Shown: positions 1 through 26,611 of the stretch, piece after piece
Position numbering within the stretch: position 1 is the stretch's first letter
Layout: every line of letters starts with the position of its first letter
NCBI RefSeq assembly: GCF_009834535.1
Contig: NC_045707.1
Location: 54,438,001-54,502,000, forward strand
From: Camelus ferus
Lineage: Eukaryota
Direction of reading: 5' to 3'
DNA length: 64,000 nucleotides
The notes under the pieces: generated by a model
Database searches by the model: none
Told to the model about the DNA's origin: nothing
Seen by the model: only the letters and a program-made list of their open reading frames with translations
Translations under genes and position numbers: made by a program

Positions 1-9
1 GGACCCACG

Positions 10-335
10 TGGCTCGCCTTCTCATTCACTGAGATATTCATGTGGCTTACTGCCCCATTATCAGTCATTACTTAAAATCACCTGCTCAGAGAGGCCTTCC
101 CTTACTTAGCCCATCTAAAAGAGTAACCTTCAATCTCTATCCCTTTATCTTGAAATCTTTCCTTCACAGAAGTTGTCATAATTGAAATATTACTTACCTA
201 TTTATTTATTGTCTGTCTTCCCACACGGGAACATTAGCATAGGCAATCAGGACCTTTGCCTATTTGTTCCCTGCTATATTCTTAGTGGCTAGAATAGATC
301 TTTTACACAATAATATTTTTGGTACAAATATCTGT
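10..335 (+). mobile_element. L2 LINE 3' end fragment (L2a-like)
   Basis: Recognisable L2 3' motifs: tcacctgctcagagaggccttccc, ttgtctgtcttccc, ttgttccctgctatattcttagtggctagaatag. Confidence 0.65.
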
Positions 336-387
336 GAATATCCATATTATAATACACACTAATATTTGCAAAAGTGACATTTAATTT

Positions 388-474
388 CCTAATAAATTTT
401 TTATTGAACTACAGTTGATTTACAACATTGTGTTAGCTTCAGGTATATGGTAGAGTGATTCAGATATATATATC

Positions 475-507
<33 letters not shown>

Positions 508-637
508 TATACATATTCTTCTTCAGATTCTTTTCCATTATAGATTAGAAAAAGATATTGAATAAAAAAGATATTGAATATAGTTCCTTGTGCTATACAG
601 TAAATCCTTATTGTTTATTTTTATATATAGTGGTGTG
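388..637 (-). mobile_element. 5'-truncated L1 3' end with an expanded (TA)n and a 16-bp tandem duplication
   Basis: ttttttattgaactacagttgatttacaacattgtgttag...tagttccttgtgctatacagta is the reverse complement of the L1 tail also seen at 9.1-9.3 kb and 30.1-30.3 kb. aaaaagatattgaata occurs twice at 549-580, and there is a degenerate TSD gacat..aattt. Confidence 0.85.
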
Positions 638-1200
638 GACATAATAATTTGAATAGCTATTATGTCATTAAATATTGTCCAAGTCATCCTTTTTTTAATG
701 AGTGTACTGTTAGATACAGATCCTGTTGAACAAGTAGATTTTTGCCATTTTTCATTATAAGTCAAGTCATGACTAATTCTAGTTAAATATTTGTTTATTA
801 TTCTTAGAATAATTCCAAGAAGTAAATTTGCTCAGTTTAAGTAAATAAAGATTGTGAGGTGTTGATATAAATTATATTTTTCTCCAAAAATATGTGTCAG
901 TTGACATTCTAAAAGAGTCCCATGATTAGTTATCTTTAACATAGTGTAACAGAATGCCTGGTTTTAATTAGGACTGGCAAAACAAACTGTGGCTAGTATT
1001 CATTGGAGACATAAAGAAGGTAGTAAGAAAAAACAAATGAATGAATTAAATTGAACAGTCCGCTATACTGTACTTTACTTGTGATAAATGCACATATCTA
1101 TAATATGAGATAAGAACTTCAAGCAATTTAATTTTATAAATTGTAAATTATTCATACTTACAGAAAACTTATCTGCCAAGCAGATGAAAACTGTACTTAC

Positions 1201-1312
1201 TTAAAACATCAGTATCTTCCAAGTCCTGAAGAATGAGCTCTTCAACAGTTTTACTCTTATTCTTTATGATGTTAATACAGTGAAGAACTGACTCAGGTAA
1301 TTCATCCAAATC
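1201..1312 (-). CDS. LRRIQ1: LRRIQ1 second coding exon (DLDELPESVLHCINIIKNKSKTVEELILQDLEDTDVL+1 nt, 112 nt); gene continues beyond the left window edge
   Basis: Acceptor ttttttag| at 1313+ and donor GTAAGT at 1200-1195. It is in frame with the previous exon, and the peptide ELPESVLHCINIIKN...EELILQDLEDTD is recognisable LRRIQ1. Confidence 0.93.
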
Positions 1313-2435
1313 CTAAAAAATTGAATAAGAAAGAAATTGTAAAATTCTTTATTAAAACTATACTTCCAAATTTTGATACAAATTTTGATATGCCAAAAAT
1401 TTGAGCAGAATGTGTAAATGAGGTAAAAGGGCTCCATATAAAGAGCATAGTCCAAGGAAATATATTTGTTTACAATTTCATTTTCAAGTGGCTATGAATT
1501 GCATCCATGATTCTGTTGGATTTCATATTCAAATGAAGAATTTCAGAATTTTTAGTCTTATTTGAATTAACCGTGGATAAAAAAGACATAATAATGTAAA
1601 ATAATTAATTTTTCCAAAAGTGTTATGTAGTTTACTGCAATACTAGTTAAAAATCAAAGTGTAATTATTTTTTGAAATTTGACAAATGAGTTTTTTGGAA
1701 AAAGTTTACTTGAAAAGATTTTGAAACAGCAAAACAACGGAATTTGACCCATTTGATATTCAGAGATATAAAACCTCAATGGGCAAAAATTAGCAGAATA
1801 ATGGAAAAGAATACATAGCTTGCATAGATTATATAACAACTAAATATATACAACAGATATGACAAATCAGTTGAGAAGAGGTAGATTATTCCACACTGAC
1901 ACTGGGAATAATTGCTAAATATGTACAGTAAAATTTCAAATTCAATCTACATTTTATAGCATACCTGAAAATAAGTTTCCATTGGATTAAGGATTTTGAT
2001 ATAAAAGAACGAATCCATAAATAAATTTTTTAGGTATATAAACATTGGAAAAAATGCACAAATGAAAAGAAAACATGTTTGATTTCCAAAAATGTAACTA
2101 TTTCTGTAGGCCTAACTATTTCACATAAAGTTTGCTTTTCATTCATGTCTAATCACATCAGAATGCTCATGATTAAGTAAAAAACACAGGACGCAAATAT
2201 AATAATATATATAATCCCAGTTTTGCAAAAAATGCGCACATATACATGTGAAATTATAGGTGATTTCTACCTTCGATATACCTTTTCTACTTAAATATCT
2301 ACTAATATACATTGTTTAAAGATGATCCTAAGGTAAAAAATGAATAAGTATATAAAACATACTGAGAAAAGTAATATTTCTCCTAAAAAGCTTACTCTAG
2401 TTCAATGGCTCAAAAGTACAACACTTAACACTTAC

Positions 2436-2576
2436 TGTATCACTATTATCACTCTTGGTTTCTGATTTTGAATCACTATCAAGATCATCTTTTTCCAAGG
2501 AAGAAATACTGATTTTATCCAATTCAGCTTCTATTTCTTCCTTGAGCTTTGCATCATCATCATCACTGTCTTCCAT
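2436..2576 (-). CDS. LRRIQ1: LRRIQ1 first coding exon (MEDSDDDDAKLKEEIEAELDKISISSLEKDDLDSDSKSETKSDNSDT, 47 codons); exon begins at 2580
   Basis: Translation matches the acidic LRRIQ1 N-terminus as I recall it (DDDDAKLK.EIEAELDK.SISSLEK). Acceptor ...ttttatgcag| lies at 2581+, ATG at 2576-2574 is in a strong context (GTGATGG), and the phase-0 donor GTAAGT follows at 2435-2430. Confidence 0.93.
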
Positions 2577-3434
2577 CACCCTGCATAAAAAAACATAGAA
2601 CCACTTGAAGAAAACTGAAAAGGCTGTCAGTAAAAACTATAGGTTCTTTAATGTGCCATACCAACCCAACAACTTCTACATAAAATTGTTTTAGTTTAAC
2701 AAACTTTTATCACACCTTATTATGGTTGTATTATATATTAAATAACATTGATTTCTCCCTATATTCATTCATGATTTCTTTAACGTTTGACTGCAAGATG
2801 ATCTACTCTAATAATACCCTTTAAATTCTCTAAAGGAAAAGTTACATGGAATGGACTGGTGTACCTTCCTGAACCAAGAAACTTCATAATATAACTTATT
2901 TATCCTGGTAATAACTAATGGCAAAATATCTCTGAACAGCTTAAATATGCAGCGATTGAAATACCCATAAGATAACATGCTATGTCTATACAGGGGAAAC
3001 ATCTGGCTAGCTTCTACTCATTAAGTCAGAGTTACTCATTTTACAAAATAGCCACATGTTTTTACCAACAATAACGTGTTGTAATAATGGATAATGTATG
3101 GCTTATAAGTTCAATACTTATTTCATTTAAATCTTTAATGCTTGTAATGGATATAGGTCAAGCAGTGCATTCATTATAGTATGTCTTTACATCATCATTA
3201 TTAACCACCATCAGTCAAGCTCATTATCCGCCCAGCAATCCCTCTGAACAACCTCTAGTCCAATCATCTTAAAATTGTAGATTTGAACAGTCAGTTCATT
3301 CCTATTTAAAAAAGATAATACCTTTGCCTGCCCTTCCTCTAGCTATAGATATCACATATCTTTCTTTCACACATAAATGATTTAATTGGCCTGATTTTCA
3401 TGTACTTCATAAACTCAGAGAAATGAAATTTTAT

Positions 3435-4105
3435 GTTCATACTTAAACTTGTGCAGAAATGTTCACAACAGTTTTATGCATTATAGTCCCAAACTGGAAA
3501 CAGTTAAAAAAAAGTCCCCCCATAGGCGAATAGTTAAACCAACTCTAGTTACATCCACACCATGGAATAGTACTCAGCAATAAAAGGTAGGAACCATTGC
3601 TATAAGCCACAGTACCAATGAATCACCATGAATCTCCAGGGAACTATGCTGAATAAAAAGCCCACACCAAAAGGTAACATATTAAATGATTCCATTCATG
3701 TGACATTTTTGAAACACCAAAATTTTATAAAAATGAGGACAGATTAGTGATTTCCACTAATGGGGTGGATGGGGTTGGAAGAAGATGTTTATGGTGATAA
3801 TAGGGCAACATGAGAGATTCTTGTAGTGTTGGAACTGTTCAGTATCTTGATCGTGGTTGTAAGTAAGCATATTCAGATGATAAATACTGTATATAAAGTA
3901 ATACACCAGCAAATGAGTACAAAAAATTGAAGAAATCTGTATAAGGTCAGAATAAGACTGCACCAATATCAATATCCTGGTCGTGATATTACACTATAGT
4001 TAACAAAACATTACCATAGAGACAATGGACTGAGTGTATAAGAAATATTTCTGCATTATTTCTTAAAGCTGGACATGAATCTACAATCACCTCGATAAGA
4101 ATTTA
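3435..4105 (+). mobile_element. Old L1 (L1MC-like) 3' region
   Basis: ORF2-end/3'UTR motifs: ccatggaatagtactcagcaataaaa, atgattccattcatgtgacatt, aatatcctggtcgtgatatt, catgaatctacaat. Confidence 0.75.
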
Positions 4106-4699
4106 AAGATATTCTCAGTATTCCCTAAGAAAACAGTTAACTACATTATGATGGATCCATAGAATGGAATACTATATAAGACCTTTAAAAAATGGGTACC
4201 TTTACTGTACTCCTTTGGAAAGGTATCCAAAAAAGAATAACTGAATAAAGGTTAAGTGGCAAGAAAACTACGCAGAGTCACATCTCTTTCGTGTAACTAC
4301 ACACACATACACTTTTTTTAGACACAGAAACTTTTTGGAAGAAATTGGGGAATTTTTAAAATTTTCACTTCATACCTTTATGTTGAGTGATTTTTTAAAA
4401 ATCATGAACATGTACTGCTTTTTATAACTTTAAAGGCAACTTTAAAAGATTCCATTTTACTCATAACCTCCCTCTTTCAAAATAAAACAAAACAAAATAA
4501 AACAAACAAAAAAAGCAAAACGGTATCCCATAATCAGAGTTTTGCTAGGTGGAAAATTAGATTTTTTTTTAACGTGGCTATAAAGCAGAATACGCAGATA
4601 CACAAAACTTTCTGCAGAAAGGCAGGCAGGAGAATAGGGTAAAGGAAAGAGACATTCCCATTCTATGTCCCTGTCTGCTCATCTACTGGCTCTTTACCT

Positions 4700-5021
4700 C
4701 AGCCCTGTCCAACTATGCATTTAAGCAACACATGTGATTTTAAATTTTCTAGCAGCAACTTTTTAAAATGTAAAGAGAAACAGGTTAAATTGATTTAATA
4801 ATTATTCAACCCAATATATCCAAAATATTATTTCAACATATAATCAATAGAAAAATTATTAATTATAAGGCCAAGGTAAAAGTTTACATTTCTTTTTCGT
4901 ATACTAATTCTTCGAAATCTGACGTGTATTTTACACCTACAGCACATTTCAACTAGGACTAGCTGCATTAAAGCCCTCAACAGCCACCTGTAGCTAGTGC
5001 TTACAAGACAGGACAGTGCAG
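4700..5021. mobile_element. MER33-like hAT-Charlie non-autonomous DNA transposon
   Basis: Inverted ends cagccctgtcc / ggacagtgcag, with internal aacccaatatatccaaaatattatttcaacat and cagccacctgtagctagtg motifs. Confidence 0.7.
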
Positions 5022-5199
5022 GCGTAGACGGGTCCTACAGCAAATGGGCTAGAGTAAACTACTTCAAGTTGACAATAAATCACTTGGAGTTGGCTAAAGC
5101 TGCCCAAAATGGAAAATTTTAAGGAACTCCACCCTTTAACTATATAGTTCTTCATGTTCTGAGTAAACTATCGAAATCTCCAAAACTGAAAGGAGCCTC

Positions 5200-5525
5200 T
5201 AGGTCCGCAGACTGGCGCAGCCACCCGCTCGGCGCGCGGTTCCCTCTCTGCCCTAAAGCCCGGCCTCGGCGGAGAGGGGCCCGGCTCCGCCTGCGCCCCC
5301 GCAGCTCTGCCTCCCTTCCCGCTACACGAACCCCAGCCTTGAGGGACCCCGGCTCACCCAGCAGAGGCTAAATCCTCCGGTGGTTGGAAGACAGCGCCCA
5401 GAGCCTCCAAACAAAGAGTAACCACGGCAACCGCCAATCCCAAGGAAGATGGACCGGCCTTTCCTTACCGGTGCCCCAGTAGGACAAACTAACTCTATTC
5501 GAAATCGCAACGAACGCTTCATCAC
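5200..5525. promoter_or_regulatory. CpG-island bidirectional promoter shared by LRRIQ1 (-) and TSPAN19 (+)
   Basis: The only GC/CpG-dense non-repeat stretch in the window, located between the 5' ends of two divergent genes. Contains an X-box-like GTAACCACGGCAAC (5418-5431) and CCAAT (5434-5438). Confidence 0.8.
5358..5440 (-). other. LRRIQ1: Probable non-coding exon 1 of LRRIQ1 (5' end approximate)
   Basis: Lies in the CpG island with a minus-strand donor GG|GTGAGC at 5357-5352. An alternative donor GTAAGG sits at 5468-5463. The TSS is not determinable from sequence alone. Confidence 0.5.
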
Positions 5526-5559
5526 AGGAGTTGGGTGAGGAACATAAAATTTCTTCCAG
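5490..5559 (+). other. TSPAN19: Probable non-coding exon 1 of TSPAN19 (5' end approximate)
   Basis: Donor CCAG|GTAACT at 5560, just right of the CpG island (alternative GTGAGG at 5535). The ATG-containing exon has an acceptor at 12355, so an upstream exon is needed. Confidence 0.45.
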
Positions 5560-5826
5560 GTAACTTTAAATATTTAAATAATTTTGGAAAGTAGTTAATA
5601 AAGAAATGACATTTTGTTACAATTACCCAAGTAGAGGTAGCCCGACCTTTAAACTGTTTCTGATCTATCTATATTTATTACTTGCACCTAATCAATGTTG
5701 ATTTGCTCATGTACAAATTGTTTATTCCACAAAATCTTACTCCTGTTCTGAATATATACTTCTGGAGCCTGAAAGTATGGAAGTCAAGCCAGTAAACTGT
5801 TTGCCTTCCATAACAACAGTTTATTT

Positions 5827-5850
5827 AAAACAAACAAACAAACAAACAAA
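5827..5850 (+). repeat. (AAAC)n microsatellite
   Basis: About 6 tandem AAAC units. Confidence 0.9.
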
Positions 5851-7689
5851 CCCAATCAATTATCACTCAATGCCTGTCCAAAACTTCTAAGTGAGTAAGT
5901 GTGGGGGTAAGAAAGTTGAAAATTATTTTCTGGAATATGTTTTGCTGTAAAATATTGACGATGGCACCCTCTGTTTTAATATAAAATTTAAAGTTTAAGT
6001 ATATCATGCTTTTTAATTTTAACTTAAAAATTCAACAAAGTTTCTTTTTTGGCGAGCAAATATATAGTGTACAAAATGTGAGATTTCATTTTAGTAACAT
6101 ATTTCTGATTTCAATTTTTTTTAAAGTTTCCAAACGAAGCATTAAATTCCAAGAGGAAGTGGCTAAGCATAACTGTAAAAGATATCTGATATACAATAAA
6201 ACAAAAGCAAACAGTTCATTGAGCCTTTGAAAGAAAACAGACTGTATTTCCTGGTAACAGTTAACTTGTATTGCATCAACATAAGAATTAATACAGAATG
6301 AGAAATAAGTAGACTTTTGGTATTAAAAAAAAATGGTGTGCCTACTTTAAGAAAGATAATGATTTTTTAAAATAAAATACTCCTGGTTTCAGATCTAATT
6401 ACATTTAGGATATTTTCATTATCAAGGTACATGCTCAAGTGCCTTTTTTCTTTTCTTAATTCAGTTTTGTTGTTGATTTATATGCTATTCAAACTCTTCA
6501 TTTAAAATACTCAGGCTACCAGATCATGTTAAAATTCACATGTAAAAATCTTAAGATTAATTTTATTGGTAATTATGAAATTATCCAGGCTTTGCCTAAA
6601 GAATATCAAATCCATTAGTAATCAATCAATTCTTAAAAATAATTTGAGAGTTAATTTAGTAATCAACTAATTTCTGATTAGTTGATTACTAAAGTTGTCT
6701 GAATTGCTTTCCTTCTTAAGGCTCACCTTGTCAAACAGATTGACAACAAAAAAGAAAAATATTGAAAGTTTTTCTGAAGATAAATTAATCCATGGTGCCT
6801 GTTATTACACCTCTTATACTTTGACATTATTTTTTACTTTGGAAGAAAAGTGACAACTCTTATCCATTAGTCGTAACGTAGCTATTACTAAATTGGTAAA
6901 TAAGGAAAAACACAACAATTATCTCAAATCATTATAGATTATAAGTCAATTTAACTTGAAACTATTGTTTAATTCCACAGTGTTTAGCAAAAATCTATTT
7001 AATTACAATTTTCCTAGAAACTAAAGCCTAAAATGGATTAGGTGACTTAGTCCATAACCCTTTAATCTGAATTTTTTTTTCTTTTTAATAGGTTATTTTC
7101 TTTTCATTAAACTTTGTTCTTGTTTTGAAAATCATCCACAGGTCTGGTTGGCTTATAGCCTTTTGGCTTAGCCCAACATATTGCCCTTAGAGAACACATA
7201 TCCATATTGACTGAGACAATGAAAGGATGAAAGCAAACTGTTTGTTTCTCAGATATCTGACAAGAATAAGATTTCTTTGAAAATGTTCATTGAGTGGTGG
7301 AATTACTTTAGTTTAATTGCAGTCTTCATTAGCCATCTTATTTTTCATATGGCAGTGATATAATTTAAATATCTGAGTAACATTATAGTTTGCAAATAGC
7401 TGCATAGCAGGTGTTTCTTTGCTTCATTTTCTTGAGGGTGATTATTAAGTAATAATATTTTTAATGTGAGCTATTGTGTCAGATTCATAGACTCTGCTTC
7501 TCTTTTTCCATTTAAAGACTATCCAGAAGTCTCAAATTCCCTCTCTAACCCTCCCTGCAGCTGCCGTGACCACTATTTGAAGCTATCCCTTTCCACCAGG
7601 CCCCATTCCATTTTCCAACCTCATGAACACCACCCTTGTGTAACCTTAGTATTTCTATACTAAGATGTGGTGTAATAAGATTATTAGGT

Positions 7690-7995
7690 AACATTCAGCC
7701 AGGTGCTGGACTAATTGCTTTACAAACATAATCTCATTTAATTTTCACAACAACCCTCTGAGATGCATTGCTGTTCTAATCGACGTTTACAGATGATGAT
7801 AATGGGGCTTGCAAAGGGTAGCAAGAGAGGTTTGTATCTCTGGGTTTGGATCTCAGCTCTGCCTCATATTAACTAGATGACCTCAAGAAAGTTGTTTTAC
7901 CTTCCTGAGTCTCTTTCCTCACTGGTAATATTGGGGATACTAGCATAATGGTGCCTAACTTGCAAAATTTTGATGGTCAAGGCAATCAGTATAAA
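7690..7995. mobile_element. Two MIR fragments in opposite orientation
   Basis: atctcatttaattttcacaacaaccctctgag (minus core) followed by tctcagctctgcc...gacctcaagaaagttg...ctgagtctctttcctc (plus core). Confidence 0.6.
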
Positions 7996-8876
7996 TGACA
8001 TATATAGAATAAGGGATAATTTTAATACCTTAAGTATTTAAGCTCTATAGACTTGGGTTTGGATTTCATCTTTGCATCTAATATCCCAATGCTGCCAATT
8101 CTGCTTCCTGCTATATCTCTCATATTTCCATCCCCACTGCCATCTTGCCATTTAGACCATACACATTTCTTATGAACTAGAATATTAGCTTTGTGCAGTA
8201 TCCCCGATCTTAGGTTTCTTTTCTATTTTGACTTCTACACTGACTACAAAATTATGGTTCCCCATTTTACTTTCAGAAAACATAAAAGCAAATTCTTAGC
8301 AGAGCATACATGATCCCTCGCAATCTTTACTGAGTCTACCTCTCTAGCCTTATCTTTCCTCTCCTGCCATTCTGACCCGTGCCTCCATGCACTTCACTAT
8401 AAAGCCTGTGAACACGGTGTTCCATCTGTCTTGAAAACTTCCTACTTCTACCTGTTTTGGTCTAACTGGGAACTTCTTAATTATCCTTCAAGGATTATCT
8501 CAAATTCATCTCCTTTCTGAAACTTCCTAGTTCCATTTATTCCCAGTCCTAACATCCCCAACACCTAATTCAGACTTAGCCACAGGTTTTAATATTTGAT
8601 TCCCTAATAATTTGTCTTGTTTATTCATTTTTTTGTGTGTTCCCATCTCCTGGCACTTAGAAGAAACTTAAAAACAATAACAAAAAGTGATTAGAGTATT
8701 ATTCAGTGAAAAATGACACCTATGAATAGGTGAATTGTTGCAAACTGTCTTTCCCTATAGCATTTATACTATGAAAAATATCTCTGTTGTTGGACCATTA
8801 ATTAACTAAACAGGAAATGAACCAAAGTAATACCACACCAGGACCTTACTTGATTAAGTTAAAAACAAAGTCTTAT

Positions 8877-9340
8877 GACTCAGCCATAAAAACGAATGAA
8901 ACAATGCCATTAGCAGCAACATGGATGGACCTAGAGATTATGATACTAAGCGTAGTAAGCCATAAAGAGAAAGAAAAATACCGTATGATATCATTTATAT
9001 GTAGAATCTTAAAAAAAACGACACAAATGAACTTATTTACAAAACAGAAACAGACTCACAGACATAGAAAACAAACGTACAGTTACCGGGGGAAAAGAGA
9101 GTGGTAAGGGATAAATTGAGAATTCAGGATTTGCAGATATAACTACTATATATAAAACAGATAAGCAACAAGGTCTTACTGTATCACACAGGGAACTATA
9201 TTCAATATCTCATAATAGCTTATAATGAAAAATAATATGAAAAGTAATAAATACATGTATAACTGAATCACTATACTGTGCACTAGAAACCAACACAGCA
9301 TTGTAAATCAACTACATTTCAATTAAAAAACATTAAAAAC
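8877..9340 (+). mobile_element. 5'-truncated L1 (ORF2 C-terminus remnant + 3'UTR + A tail)
   Basis: ORF 8817-9107 contains SAIKTNETMPLAATWMDLEIMILSVVS, the L1 ORF2 C-terminal signature. The 3'UTR matches the L1 at 29.5-30.3 kb. Confidence 0.9.
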
Positions 9341-9598
9341 TAAATTCCTTGTCTATAGCAAAATAAAACAAAGTTCTTTCACACTACAAATATTTAAATA
9401 GGAACTCGAGAAACTTGTGTATTTTTGTGTTATAACATCTTCAAGTTCATTGACTTTGTTTTGAGTATGCGGGGCTTGTGGCTGAAAGGATCAGCACCTG
9501 ACCACCTCTTACCATTCTATGCAAACAGGGCTACGGGTTTCCTTGACTCATTGCTAAGACACCTTGTTTGTTGTGTTCTAACTTTACCTTGAACTCTT

Positions 9599-9935
9599 TG
9601 CTACAGTCTGAATGTTCCCCACCCTCACTCCCTGCCCCCACCCAATTCACATGTTGAAATCCTCACACCCAGTTGTGATGGTGTTGGAGATGGGACCTTT
9701 AGGAGGTGATTATGTTATGAGGGTGGATCCCTCATGAATGGGATTAGGGCTTTTATAGAAGAGATCCCACAGAGGTCCCTAGCCACTTTCGCCATGTGAG
9801 GATCTAAGAAGTCTGAAACCTGGCACCCTGATCTCAGACTTCTAGCCTGCAGAACGGGGAGAAATAAATTTCTGTTGTTCATAGACTACCTTGTCTGTGG
9901 CATTTTGTTAACAGCGGCCCGAACTGACTAAATCA
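9599..9935 (+). mobile_element. MLT1A-type MaLR solo LTR
   Basis: TG...CA ends; aattcacatgttgaaatcct, ccctcatgaatgggattag, cagacttctagcctgcagaac...aaataaatttctgttgtt. Confidence 0.85.
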
Positions 9936-10499
9936 CTACTGTTTTGAAATTACCACGGGCAACCTCCTTAACCAAGTGGGCTGACTTTGATAGTATGGAA
10001 TTCTCACCCTTTTTGGCATCTGTCTCATGTAACACTATTTTAGAAATTTCTTCCTCTGTCAGTGTCCATGAGATCTTGCTTTGGTTATTTTCTCATTTCG
10101 TAAAAGTTGTCTCTAAAAAATAAAGATTTCTAATTATTATCATTCTCTACCATCAAACCTCCACTCATTTTTATCTATAATGAATCCCTCATCTCTTTCA
10201 CTTACTCCCATGACATCAGCTCTCTGTGGAAGATTCCCAAGCCTGAGTAACCTGTGCTGTCCACTTACCTGCATGCCATTTCCAGTGCTTAACCACAAGG
10301 TATCTTTTTATCAATTCAAACCCAATTATTAAACATTAAATTCATGAAATTTATGTAATTTTTTCAAACAATTTCTATTGATTATCATTATCCTTTTATT
10401 TTCCCACTGTAAAAAAATCTTTCTGATCATCTTTGCTTCTTTCTCGTCTGTAGTAAAGCATAATGAAACTGTATCCAAGCCTTCTTTTTCTCCCTCCAG

Positions 10500-10915
10500 C
10501 TATCTTTTATTCTGCCCTTTCTGAACTGTCAGGCATTGTGTTGGCATTTCCCACCCTAATTCACTTCTTTCCATCATCTTGGGCACACAGTTGCCTCCAC
10601 CTCCAGCTGAGAAGTGCCATATGACTAAGTATGTGCCAGCCGAATAGGAGCAGAGGGAAGTGTGCAGCTTCCACTTCACTTGCTTAACAGATGCTTGCCT
10701 GAGTTTATTCATCCTCTTCCTTTCTGCTGCTTGTAAAGGATGACACTTGAGCATATCTGGCAGCCATATATTGAACAGCCTGGAGAAAGCCCCATGTTCC
10801 TAAGGTGATTTCCCAGTAGAGACCTAATTACCCACCTGGTACTGAGAAAGAAGAAACTTCTGTGTATTTTTGCATTTGGATGTTTTAATAAAACATTTTA
10901 GCCTTGACTCTAACC
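10500..10915 (+). mobile_element. Old MLT1 (J/H-like) MaLR LTR
   Basis: cctccagctgagaagtgccatatgactaag...gggaagtgtgcagcttcc and gagaaagaagaaacttctgtgt motifs; highly diverged. Confidence 0.5.
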
Positions 10916-11779
10916 TGCTAACTGTTACCAAATCAAGAGTCAAGTCTCTGCCTTCAGCATTTCACAACAGTCTCTGCAGAGAGCTCTCATTCGTTATCTC
11001 CTTTTTCTTTCTCATTTGTAGAGAAACAGAGGCTAGGACTTTGGCCCTAAATTCTCGTTCAGTATGTAGGAGAGGATCTCATATGCAGCAGTAAATAGAA
11101 TTGAAGCCAAAAATGTAGATATACAGCACCTTGGGAAGGAAACAGAAATAAAAATCAAGCAATCTTTCCAACTCAGTGTCCCATCCAAATGGGCCAGGCA
11201 CTGGAGAAATCCAAGAAAAAGACTAGAGGTCAGAACCTGGGGAAACCAAATGACAGCAGGTGAGTTCAAGGCACAGGGTAAAAGACAAAGCCTAGAGAAA
11301 GTCCTGAAGCTAGGAAGAAGGCCTTGGGTTGAAGGTGGGGAGGTGTATGGACACTAACCTAGAAATCTCCATTTTCCAGTGCATCCTTCAGTTAAACAAA
11401 TAGATTAGTTTCTTTCTAACTAGGGACAAATAGCTTCAAATTAGTCTTACAAAATCTGCTTTCACCATGTCAATTAAACAATACATGTATTGAAACACTG
11501 TAAATTACAGTATTTTTTAAAATAGGGAGCCAGTGAGAAATGAAACAATGAAGGAAAAAAGAAAGCCCGGAAACATACCCAAGAAAATTTAAAACATTCA
11601 TATCTAATAAACAATGCACCCCAAACCAATGGGGTAAGTGTTGATTTTTTCATAAATATTTCAGGAAAAATTGGCTGTCTGGAAAATAATTTTTATTTAA
11701 ACCACCTTAAGTTACTTCTTTTCCTTACACTGTATATCAAAGTAAATTGTGAACTAATTAAATGATTTAATTCACCTAT

Positions 11780-12110
11780 TCACTGATTCATTCATTCAAC
11801 AGATATCTATTGAGTACCTACTATATGCTAGACTTGGGGTTTAAATGGTGTAAAAGGCCTTCTCTCTCCAGTTAAAGACCTCAGAGGCTACATTGGAAGA
11901 AAGACAAGGTGAAAACAGATAACAAATTGAGGTTAGGGAAAGGCTTCCAAGGCAAAACCTCAGTGAGGAACAGATACTATTCTGGGAAAAAAAGGTAACA
12001 GTTAGAGGTAAATGAAAGGTTTCTAGCAAGGAGAACAAGGTATGCTAAGACTGGAAACAAAATAAAATATTTTACTTTCTGAAAATTGCAAGAAGTTCAG
12101 TAAGGCAGCT
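11780..12110 (-). mobile_element. L2 fragment
   Basis: attcattcattcaacagatatctattgagtacctactatatgctag is the reverse-complemented L2 3' terminus. Confidence 0.6.
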
Positions 12111-12380
12111 CTTAACATGTTATACAAATGACTGCTTGGTCTTGACTGCCTGGCCAAAAAAATGCAGATAAAGAAAAACAGGTACAGTTTCAAGATACCC
12201 TCAATATTTCTGTACATTCAGGAGATCAGAAAGAAATGTTATACTGACTGCTGGTATGAGAAAAAATATGCAAATAAACAACATGAGTAGGCAGAATTGT
12301 TTAAAGTTGTTACTGTGGTGAGTGTTTATAGTAAAGGTTGTGCTTATTTTTTCAGAATCATCAGTATATGGAGAGGAAGA

Positions 12381-26448
<14,068 letters not shown>

Positions 26449-26605
26449 TCTTTGGATTTTAATTTGCCTGGAGGAAATCAGTTAATTCTCAAAATAATCA
26501 TGTTGCATTCTTTTAGTCCCCCAAAAGAGTTCTGAGTTACATTCATTAAGTTTAGGATTTATTCAAGTCATTGGTTATATCTAATACAAAATTATTGAAT
26601 ATTAT

Positions 26606-26611
26606 AATAAA
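26606..26611 (+). terminator. Likely TSPAN19 polyadenylation signal
   Basis: First AATAAA after the stop (~160 nt downstream), followed by a T-rich stretch; further AATAAA/ATTAAA occur near 27004-27022. Confidence 0.6.

Noticed and set aside
2397..2435. ORF-track extension VSVKCCTFEPLN after the LRRIQ1 exon
   Set aside because: Read-through into the intron past the GTAAGT donor; the listed start at 2579 is GTG and the real ATG is at 2576.
5322..5525. 67-aa minus-strand ORF across the promoter
   Set aside because: Open frames are expected in GC-rich DNA; it has no recognisable homology and crosses the predicted exon 1 donor.
8817..9107. 96-aa ORF
   Set aside because: Truncated L1 ORF2 C-terminus joined to flanking DNA.
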